A stretch of DNA of 64,000 nt from Macrostomum lignano. Taxonomy: Eukaryota. Position numbers and translations under genes: made by a program. The DNA lies in NCBI GenBank assembly GCA_002269645.1, contig NIVC01002145.1, forward strand, positions 62,001 through 126,000, written 5' to 3'. A model generated the notes under the pieces. The model was not told the DNA's origin. It saw nothing but the letters and a program-made list of their open reading frames with translations, and searched no databases. This document shows, piece after piece, positions 1-10,600 of this stretch (position 1 is its first letter; every line of letters starts with the position of its first letter).

Positions 1-460
1 CAAGGACACTGAGGGAGCGGAGAGGCAGATTCAAGGACACTGAGGGAGCGGAGAGGCAGATTCAAGGACACTGAGGGAGCGGAGAGGCGGATTCAAGGAC
101 ACTGAGGGAGCGGAGAGGTAGATTCAAGGACACTGAGGGAGCGGAGAGGCAGATTCAAGGACACTGAGGGAGCGGAGAGGCAGATTCAAGGACACTGAGG
201 GAGCGGAGAGGTAGATTCAAGGACACTGAGGGAGCGGAGAGGCAGATTCAAGGACACTGAGGGAGCGGAGAGGCGGATTCAAGGACACTGAGGGAGCGGA
301 GAGGTAGATTCAAGGACACTGAGGGAGCGGAGAGGCAGATTCAAGGACACTGAGGGAGCGGAGAGGCGGATTCAAGGACACTGAGGGAGCGGAGAGGTAG
401 ATTCAAGGACACTGAGGGAGCGGAGAGGCAGATTCAAGGACACTGAAGGAACAGAATGGC
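1..460. repeat. 31-bp minisatellite (CAAGGACACTGAGGGAGCGGAGAGGCAGATT), ~14 copies, truncated by the window edge, in a K2P intron
   Basis: Unit recurs at positions 1, 32, 63 and onward; only the GCAG/GCGG/GTAG triplet varies. Confidence 0.95.
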
Positions 461-583
461 AGATTTCTTACTATTTACGGACTACTTACGGACGCATTCA
501 AACACAAAGGGCTATTGCTACTACAAGTAGTGCAAATTTTAATTAATAGTATAAAATTGGTCCCAAACTGGCTGCCATCGCAG

Positions 584-1503
584 GCTACGGCCACGTGGCG
601 CCCAAAACGGTTGCCGGCCGGCTGTGCACCATCTTCTACGCCATGGTGGGCATCCCGCTGATGCTGCTATGCCTGCACAACCTCGGCTCCTTCCTGGCTG
701 ACGTGTTTCGCCTCTGCTACCAGCACTGCTGCCTCCGTCTGTGGCGCAGACGTCGGATGCGCCGGCTGGCCCGCCATCACGAGGCCATCAGCAGTCGCAG
801 TCGGCGGGGCCGGGTGCGCGCCTTTGACCAGCTGTCGGAGATCATGCCCATCTCCAGCCGCTACCGGTCCCGACGGAGCAACCGTAGCGGCGCTACAGTC
901 CGGCGCGGCGGCGGCGGCGGCAGCGGACGGAGCGGTCTATCGACGGCTACGACGGCCGGCGGGCGACACGGGGCGGCGGAGGCGACGCTGGGCGGCAACG
1001 GTGGATCGCCGCCAGCGATGATGTCGCGTCGACGAATCTTCCAGCTGGCCGACCCGAGCACCGGGCAGACGCTGGACCTGTGCGTGCTACCGCCGGCGTC
1101 GGTGGGAACCGCCGGGCGGGCCGCCAGCTCCTACGCCGCCTCGACGCCAGTCAGCAGCGTCGAGGATCTCGGCGAAGTAATCCGCGTGCCGGTCTGGCTG
1201 ACCCTGACGGTGTTCTGCATCTACATCCTGACCGGGGCGGTGCTGTTCTACTCCTGGGAGCAGTGGGGCTTCATGGACTCCGTCTATTTCGTGTTCATCA
1301 CCCTGACAACCATCGGGCTGGGCGACTTCGTGCCCGGCATGCAAGAGTCGTCCTGGACTGACGAGGCCAAGCCAATCACCTGCGGCCTGTACCTGCTGTT
1401 CGGCCTGGCCATGATCGCCATGTGCTTCCAGCTGATGCAGGAGGAGGCCAAGGACAAGGTGAAATCGTTCGGCAGAAAGATCGGACTGCTGGACGATGGC
1501 TGA
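584..1503 (+). CDS. Two-pore-domain K+ channel (K2P, TWK/TRESK-like), final coding exon; 5' exons lie upstream of the window
   Basis: Acceptor CAG at 581-583, phase 1, restores the P1 filter GYGHVAPKT. Then M2 ([16 protein letters not shown]), a long loop, M3, P2 ([20 protein letters not shown]), M4 ([13 protein letters not shown]), and TGA at 1501-1503. Confidence 0.93.
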
Positions 1504-1924
1504 AGGCTGGCTGGTCCCAGCAACCAGCTGGAGAAGAAGGATGCTGCACTCAAAAATTGTTCGATTTTTTTGCCGGTTTTTGCTGCAAAATTCGAAATGT
1601 TTCTTTTGTGGTTTGTAGCAATACTTTGATCGCCTGTTGCTAAAACCATTTTTTAAACTCGATTTTTTTGTAATATTTTGTTGACCACAGCTGGACAAAA
1701 CTCAGTCAATTTAGCCCTAATAATGAAAACCTACATCTCGCTAATGCATTGTTATAGTTATTTAAGGTAGATTAAGTTTCTTGAAAATCCGGGCCCAAAA
1801 CAAGTACAATTATAAGACATTCAATTGGGGGGGGGAGCGGAATGTAGATACGAAAAGGGTGGGGTGGAGTGCGCGACTGAGGAAAGAGGCGAGATTGAAG
1901 AGCCAATCAGAAAGCAGCGAAGGA

Positions 1925-2982
1925 GAGAGATAAGAATAACAAGACTGAACTGGACAGAGTGAGAGAGATAAAGAATAACAAGACTGAACTGGACAGAGGG
2001 AGAGAGATAAAGAATAACAAGACTGAACTGGACAGAGTGAGAGAGATAAAGAATAACAAGACTGAACTGGACAGAGGGAGAGAGATAAAGAATAATAAGA
2101 CTGAACTGGACAGAGGGAGAGAGATAAAGAATAACAAGACTGAGCTGGACAGAGGGAGAGAGATAAAGAATAACAAGACTGAACTGGACAGAGTGAGAGA
2201 GATAAAGAATAACAAGACTGAACTGGACAGAGGGAGAGAGATAAAGAATAACAAGACTGAGCTGGACAGAGGGAGAAAGATAAAGAATAACAAGACTGAA
2301 CTGGACAGAGGGAGAGAGATAAAGAATAACAAGACTGAACTGGACAGAGGGAGAGAGATAAAGAATAATAAGACTGAACTGGACAGAGGGAGAGAGATAA
2401 AGAATAACAAGACTGAGCTGGACAGAGGGAGAGAGATAAGAATAACAAGACTGAACTGGACAGAGGGAGAGAGATAAGAATAATAAGACTGAACTGGACA
2501 GAGGGAGAGAGATAAGAATAACAAGACTGAACTGGACAGAGTGAGAGAGATAAAGAATAACAAGACTGAACTGGACAGAGGGAGAGAGATAAAGAATAAC
2601 AAGACTGAACTGGACAGAGGGAGAGAGATAAAGAATAACAAGACTGAGCTGGACAGAGGGAGAGAGATAAGAATAACAAGACTGAACTGGACAGAGGGAG
2701 AGAGATAAGAATAACAAGACTGAGCTGGACAGAGGGAGAGAGATAAAGAATAATAAGACTGAACTGGACAGAGAGGGAGAGAGATAAAGAATAATAAGAC
2801 TGAACTGGACAGAGAGGGAGAGAGATAAAGAATAACAAGACTGAACTGGACAGAGGGAGAGAGATAAAGAATAACAAGACTGAGCTGGACAGAGGGAGAG
2901 AGATAAAGAATAATAAGACTGAACTGGACAGAGAGGGAGAGAGATAAAGAATAACAAGACTGAGCTGGACAGAGGGAGAGAG
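1925..2982. repeat. 38/39-bp minisatellite (AGAGATAAAGAATAACAAGACTGAACTGGACAGAGGGAG), ~27 copies
   Basis: Direct tandem units; accounts for the repetitive ORFs at 1810-3023. Confidence 0.95.
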
Positions 2983-4854
2983 AACCTCCAATAAAAAATT
3001 ACAAATTTGCGAGTGTATAGCATCTTTGTACTTTAGTTGTCTGTGTGCCCGATACTAAATGACAATACAATTTTTGTAATTTGCAATCGATTTTTTCTGT
3101 AGATTATCATCAAGAAATGAAAAAATAACAAAAAAATAGAACCAATTCATTATAAATAATATTCTTGTCAGCTTGTCATTAATAAAAAAACTGCTTCAAT
3201 GTGCCCCTACTTACTTATTCATACTACTAGAAAGATTAGTGGTACCATTGCTAGCGACTGAGGATTTTTCCAATTTTCCAATTTTAAATGAGTGGATCAA
3301 GACACTGCATTTTTGCTCAGCTGACTCACTTTGACACCTCCCCTAAATCGAGTGGCGACATAAACTACATAAATTTAAATTCATTTCAGTAAACTACTGT
3401 TAATTTAAGTAGAGGGTGTAGATTTTTTAGAAGAGAAAATGATTAATGAGTATATAGGATTGACCATAGACTGTTTTTACATAGCAGAAAGGCTGGTGTA
3501 GGACTGTAGGGCCAGCGTGTGTGAATGAAAGAAGGGCGAGGGGAGTTGTGAGACCTGCACCAATAAAAACGATCAACTGAATTACTGACCCAGGATTGAT
3601 TTTTGATTGCTTGCATTCTCACTGAAGCAAGGAATTTAGTTTCAATTCATTTGCAACATCTGGCGAACGATTTCTCTGCCACTTTCTGTTAAGACGTGGC
3701 CAATTGGAAGGAGCTTAATGTTTCGATTGACAAATATTGACTCCGAGATGATGGTACGAACGAGGTCTGCGCCGTCTCAGACGCGTTGAGCAGATGTCCA
3801 CTCGCGTATGATTTTCACTTTCCTGGAAGCTTTTACATAGGAGAGCAGCGTCACTCTCAAGCCGTCAATGCACTTTAGAGCTTCCAAGAGCTTAGGAGCT
3901 TCCAAAAACCATGCAAGACGGTAAACGAGATCTGACTCTCGCGCTAACGGCTTGTGTGCCACGAAATATTGACCGGGGGGTTGTCTTGCGATTCGCAACA
4001 CATAATGGCCAATCCCAAAGCACAGAGAGAATGTACATTCCTAACGATTAAAATGTCAGAAAGTCAGGCCCGCTGTATAACCAGTGTGAGCGTTTGTACG
4101 AGTGCGTGCCTGCTTGAATGTGCTCAGGACTCAGCCGAATGGGGAGAATTGCCGAAGGCGTTTCGCCAGGGTCCCAACGAAGCCCCCTCCAATTATCAAT
4201 TATTGTGGGGGTTAGCCGGTATCTCATGGCACCCCGGGCCATTTGGCAAAGTGAGTTTCTGAGGTAAATAAAATAATGATGAGGACGCATCTTTTTTCAA
4301 TCTTAAAACCGCACTTTTTGCTTCGATGTGCTTTCCCCCTACTATCAGTAGGCTAGCTTAGGATTTTCTCTCTATTCTCTCATCTAGGCTGAGTTCTATA
4401 CTAACTAATGACATTACTATTAATTATGTTAGATAATTTACTTACCTTAGGATTCTAATTTTGGATTGTTTACGCATCTTTGAAGGTCAGACTGTCTGGG
4501 TCTGATGCGGATTGACCTCTGACAGCCTAGACAGGCGACACTAAGTCTGGGAGGAATGTTTTTAATCTCATTCTGACCCCCCTGATTTGTGACTTTTTCA
4601 CTATTTTTAGCAATTTGTGACGGTCTAGCTGTCACCTTTGGCTCCAGCCCATCTGGGTCAAAGAGGTCTTTCCAGCTTTCTCCCCACTCGCTCTGTTACC
4701 TTCTCCTTTGATTTATGGGGGTTCTGCAGTCACTTTTGGCGCCAGGATGTCTAGACAAGTGACTTTTATTATGCTTTGCACATGATTTATGACCGCACCT
4801 GTCAACTTCCCTGGGGTCTGAAGGCCACCTGGTGGGGTGGGTTTTGGGGTCTTG

Positions 4855-4995
4855 AGCTCAGCCAATCAGAGACGACCTGACTGCCCCCGGCTCGTCCAAT
4901 CGGAAAATTCGGCGCCTATTTTAACAAAAGCTCTCAGCCAATCAGAAAATTCGGCGCGCGTTATAACAAATCGGCCGCATGAGAGCTATAAAAGG
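4855..4995 (+). promoter_or_regulatory. Promoter-like cluster: 3 CCAAT boxes, two TTCGGCGC (E2F-like) sites and a TATA box (CTATAAAAGG)
   Basis: GCCAATCAGA at ~4861, CCAATCGGAAAATTCGGCGCC at ~4896, GCCAATCAGAAAATTCGGCGCGCG at ~4938, TATAAAAG at ~4987. No intact downstream gene was identified. Confidence 0.4.
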
Positions 4996-6974
4996 CGGCA
5001 ACTCGACCCGCGCTCGTAAAGGCCTGCTTGGACCTCCCTTTTTGCACGGTCCTAACCCCGTCTTAGATGGCTCCTTCGGCATCTGCTGCGTCTTCGACGT
5101 CTGATCCCCTTCCCCCGGCAGTTTCGGCTTCAGCAGCTAAGCTCCCCTTGAGAGGCATCACCAGTACTTCCCGGCCGTGAACAAAGAGCAGCAACAGCAA
5201 CAGCAACCGGCAAGTGAAGAGTAACGGCGGCACTCGTCAGTTAAGATCAGCAGCAGCATCCCATCCGAGCGTTTCGGTCTCTGCGGATCCCTTGGCTACC
5301 GGCAGTTAGGTCCTCTGATTGGTTTGGTGAGAGGCTATCTTGACCTGCTAAACTGGGTGCGCCCTTTGTCTGACCCCTTCCTAGGTAGTCTGATAGTGTT
5401 TGCACTTTTGCTTGCTTGCTTTTTGTGTGCCAAACTCGAGGCAAAAGTTTTATATAATACTAAAAGTAGCCATTTGCTCTGACTCGATCTAAGGTGTTTA
5501 GGATTGCGGATTAAGTGAGAAAGTTAAATCTGGAAGTTAAAGACTTAGCGTTTTCTTTCTTTTTCGCAATGCCAGCTGAGATGAGCGGCTAAATCTAGAG
5601 GCAGAGGTCACGGTGGACCGGAAGCGGCACAGCTCCCAGTCAATCAGTCGATCTAAGAAATCATTATGTTAAGCATGCAAATTGAGAGCCAGACTGGCGC
5701 TTTGGCGCGGTCACAGGCAGCTAAGCGGCTAAAGTAAGTTAAATATTAGTCTAACGATCTCCGAAAGTGACAATGCATCTACATCATCGCTATCTGTCGA
5801 CGTGTTAACACATTTAGTGTCAAAAGCGTGCAGTTACGTGTACTTTTACATGTTCTTCTGGGAATTTGGTAATGAAATAGTACATTTAGTAGTGTATGAA
5901 GGCTCGCCAGCGCAAGAACCCCCTGCAAAAGTCCTCTCTGTCCCTGCATGGCCAATGCGATCTTAGTCCCAGCAGCGTCTCTTCTATTCGGCTATGACTT
6001 CGAGATTTAGACAGCTAAAAGACACTAGATGGCAGGTAAGTGCAGTGCCCCTCTAGTCGGAAGTCCGATTTCGATAGCTCCGGTTTGGTGAGCCGGGGCG
6101 CACGGACTGGTGGCAGCGAGTTAGTTAATCCGCGGGTTAGCTAATCTCTACTTTTCAAATTCTCCCTGCTTGTCTTCTCCTAGCTATAGGACCTTGCTGC
6201 TCGCCCACAGTCCAGCTACCATGGGGCTGACCATCTGACAGGAGTGAGAGGCCAGAGCTTTAAGTGATTCATTTCTGAGTTCTGAGGCCCGAAGCTATAG
6301 GCTTAAAAAGGCCGAAGCCATCAATAAGACAAAAAATCGATGCACTTCGATCTGATTTCCTAAAATAAATAGCTATACTATTAAGAAACAGACAGCGCTC
6401 TGCATTTCACTGTATAGCTTTCGATAGTATATATTATAATTATAAATAACTCGCATAAAGTGCCTCGCTGCAACAAAAAGAGATCAATACTATCTAGCCT
6501 TACTTGCAGTAGTACTGATGATAATTGCGGAATTTCAAAAAAAAGAACAACAAAAAACGGCACACAAGACGCGAGAGTACATTAATAAGTTAGTGAAAGT
6601 TTACTAAAGAAGTCACTAGAGATATGTACAAATATTCTTTTTGCTTTGTCATTTTTGTTCGATCGGAGAACTCGCGGTCAATTACCGATTGGGCCAAAAA
6701 TGTGGCGCCTAACAAAATTTAAGCTGAGATGTGCTCAAAATGTCTCCATAAGCTGGAGAGGAACAAACTGGGCAACATGGTTATGAAACCCAAAATATGC
6801 AATGCCAGCCATCTGATAAAGTTGGCTTTTTCTGTCATGAAAACACAAAGCTGCAGATTAAACAAAAACAAACAGTTTATAGGAATTGAAAAACACAAAT
6901 ATCCAATTGAAATTGATTGCTCTGAGAAGAGTGGAATACTCAGGTATACAATTCAATATTCGATGGCTTTGCAT

Positions 6975-7135
6975 TTGATTGGCTAGTGCCTTGCTCTCTG
7001 ATTGGCTAGTGCCTTGCTCTCTGATTGGTTAGTGCCTTGCTCTATGATTGGATAGTTGCCTGGCCATCTGATTGGCTAGTGCCTTGCTCTCTGATTGGTT
7101 AATGCCTTGCTCTCTGATTGGCTAGTGCCTGGCTG
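6975..7135. repeat. ~23-bp repeat (GATTGGCTAGTGCCTTGCTCTCT), ~6 copies, 3' of CERK
   Basis: Visible tandem units, each containing ATTGG. Confidence 0.85.
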
Positions 7136-7346
7136 TTAAAATGATATCACAAAAGTACATTTTGTTACGATATTATCACAAACGGGAGACAGGTAGCTAA
7201 GCAGAAAAAATCTAGAAAAAAATGTAATAAAACTTAAGTGCAAAGAACACGTTTCGCAATTACTAAAAACATAGTTAATAAATTTGCGCCAAAAAAACAC
7301 CAAAGAAAATTTATTTTTTTTAATAGACAATCGTTGCACTGATTAG

Positions 7347-7539
7347 TCAGAGAGTCACGTGACAGCCGAACAGCTGCAGCAGCTGCCGGTGCACGCGGAC
7401 CGCCAGGCCGGCCTGCCGCAGCACTTCCCCGTCGCAGTTCCACACGGACCCGGCCGGATTGTCCAGAACGCGCACGGAAAACTGGCGCACTCGGTGGACC
7501 TGCGTGCGGGGTGGAAGCCCGTTGGTGGGTGCTGGGGTC

Positions 7540-7604
<65 letters not shown>

Positions 7605-10600
7605 GCCATCAGAGCAGTCTTCCAACCTGCACGCAGTCGAGCTGGAACTGTGGCTCCACAGGTGCGGGTGGCGTAGGCGGAGGCGGCGGCAGCGAGTCGT
7701 CGATAGCGGAGGCGCCGGCCGCGGCGGTGGACAAGCGCACGGGGCAGCTGCTGACGCGGTACAGGTGGCGCAGGAACTCCGCCTTGCTGCAGTCGCGCAC
7801 CAGCACCAGGTCGGTGCAGCCGTCGCCCAGGTGGGCAAACGGCACGGCACCGGCGGCGCTCTTAGTCGATCGGCAGGGCATCAGGAAGCTGTTGACGGCG
7901 ACGAAGCGACCGGTGACGGTGCGGAGCTGCCGCCGTTGCTGCTCCTTCGCCTCCGGGGCGCACTCGGCGAGCGCGTCCGATGAGCAGACTGAGCAGTCGC
8001 GAGTGCACACGGCGTGGCATCTGAATTGGAATGGCGATGCAACATAGCTATCTATGGACTTTTAATGGCATCGCAAAATACCCTGCAGAATTTTAATAGC
8101 ATCAAAATCTATCTAAAATACCCCCCACGGAGAATCGGTGAGGTAGCCCAAAATTCCCCGCCAGGGAGAATTAGTAAAGTAGCCCAAAATACCCCATGGA
8201 GAATCGGTGAGGTAGCCCAAAATACCCCCATGGAGAATCGGTGAGGTAGCCCAACATACCCCCATGGAGAATCGGTGAAGTAGCCCAAAATTCCCCGCCA
8301 GGGAGTATTAGTAAAGTAGCCCAAAATACCCCATGGAGAATCGGTGAGGTAGCCCAAAATACCCCCATGGAGAATCGGTGAGGTAGCCCAACATACCCCC
8401 ATGGAGAATCGGTGGGGTAGCCCAAAATACCCCCATGGAGAATCGGTGAGGCAGCCCAAAATATCCCCATGGAGAATCGGTGAGGCAGCCCAAAATACCC
8501 CCATGGAGAATTGGTGAGGCAGCCCAAAATACCCCCATGGAGAATTGGTGAGGCAGCCCAAAATACCCCCATGGAGAATCGGTGAGGCAGCCCAAAATAT
8601 CCCCATGGAGAATCGGTGAGGCAGCCCAACATACCCCCATAAAGAATCGGTGAGGTAGCCCAAAATACCCCCATGGAGAATCGGTGAGGCAGCCCAAAAT
8701 ACCCATGGAGAATTGGTGAAGTAGCCCAAAATACCCATGGAGAATCGGTGAAGTAGCCCAAAATACCCCGGGAGAATTGGTGATGCAGTCCCCAAAACCG
8801 CAGATCAACCCGCAGCTCACCTGCCGTCGGCCTCCAAAAAGCTGATCTCCAGAGCGTGAGATCGTAGGTTGAGCAGCCGGTGAGCTCCCACCAGGTCGTA
8901 CCTGGCCGGCCCCATCCAGCGCAGCGGCTCGCTGGACCTGGCCACCTCGCCAAAATAGCCGTAGCCCAGCAGGCTGATATTATACGTCAGGAACTGGCCG
9001 GAATCGGAGTACACGGACGCCATGTCCATGGCGACGCGTCGGCCGAGAATTATTTGAACAATGGCGGTGAGAGCGTCGCTTGTACCGTTGATGCTGTGGA
9101 CTACGGTGTCCGTGCTGCCTGCAGGGAGCGAGGGGCGATTGCAGTTTACTTTTTGCGAACTATTATTGGCGGGGAATCCTTAATGATCGTATGGGAATTC
9201 CTAATGATTTTTGAACGGGAATCCCAATGATTGTTGAAGGGAAATCCAAATAATTGTTGGGAAAGAAACTCCTGAAGGGAAATAAAAACCTTATAGAAGG
9301 TAAATGACTGTAAAAAGGGAATCCCTACGGCTATAAAAAGGAATCTCTAATGAATATAAAAAGGAATCCCTAACGACTTTTGGAAGGGAATCCAAAATGA
9401 TTTTTGGAAGGGAATCCCTAATGACTGTCAAATGGGGAATCCCTAATGATTGTAAAAGGGGAATCCTTAATGACTGTAAAAATGGGAATCTCTAATGACT
9501 ATGAAACTAAAATCCCTAATATCTGTAAAAGGGGAATCCCTAGTAACTCTCAAAAGGGAATCCTTGATGACTGTAAAAATGGGAATCTCTAATGACTGTG
9601 AAAGGGAAATCCCTAATGATTTAAAAGGGGAATCCCTAATGATTATAAAAAGGGAATCCTTAATGACTGTAAAAGGGAATCCCTAATTATTGTAAAAGGG
9701 GAATCCCTAAATAATATAAAAGGGGAATCCCTAATGACTGTAAAAGAGGAATCCCTAATGATTGGTAAAAAAGATTCCCCAACTATCCTTGGATGGGAAC
9801 CGCCAATGACTGCGGGAAGGAAACCCCCCCCCCCAGCGCTTGCTGGGAGCTCGCATTTACCAGCTGGCACAATGCCAATCGTGTGATCGGGCCGCAGCTC
9901 AGGATCGTCAACAGTGTGAGCAGTCAGGCCTTCGTCCAGTCGCTTGCGCAGCAGCAGGCCGTGGAACAGCTCAGACAAAATGCCGTCGCCGCCGACCCCA
10001 ACAATGCTGGAATAGAAATAAAAAATTGAAGGATTAAGCTAAGCTCGAACAGATGTGCCCCATCCGATGCCTGCACATTTTAAATTTTATTCAATCTTCT
10101 TTTCTGTAAAATATGCTTTTTGTGAACTACTGTTTATTTTATTGGATTTTTGCTTTGGGCCTTTATGTCAGCAAAAACTCTATTATCATAGCTATTTGAA
10201 CTATGATAATGACTTTCAGAATATATTATCAATCACAATTTCAAAAAAATTGATTTACATGTATGATATGCTTTTCCAGTTCATATCCAGTATGAGGATC
10301 TGTGAGATTGGCGGCGGCCCAGCAACTGAGTATCTGTGAGGCTGGCCCAGAAACTGAAACTCTGTGAGGCTGGCCCAGAAACTGAAACTCTGTGAGGCTG
10401 GCCCAGAAACTGAAACTCTGTGAGGCTGGCCCAGAAACTGAAACTCTGTGAGGCTGGCCCAGAAACTGAAACTCTGTGAGGCTGGCCCAGAAACTGAAAC
10501 TTTGTGAGGCTGGCCCAGAAACTGAAACTCTGTGAGGCTGGCCCAGAAACTGAAACTCTGTGAGGCTGGCCCAGAAACTGAAACTCTGTGAGGCTGGCCC

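Noticed and set aside
1087-1698. Antisense and alternative-frame ORFs over K2P, CERK, DMRT, MS4A-like and LCA5 exons
   Set aside because: They are shadows of GC-rich coding exons on the other strand or frame.
1810-3023. Long ORFs of 172-400 aa here, and similarly at 8109-8953, 10241-11031, 18706-19161, 20170-20757, 44029-44771, 47336-48679 and 61253-62706
   Set aside because: They are translations of minisatellites, open in several frames and on both strands, with no domain content.
3777-4290. Two-exon minus-strand gene joined by a 41-nt intron
   Set aside because: No recognisable domain and a weak donor; the upstream part is a nucleotide-level dispersed repeat also found at 19.65 kb.
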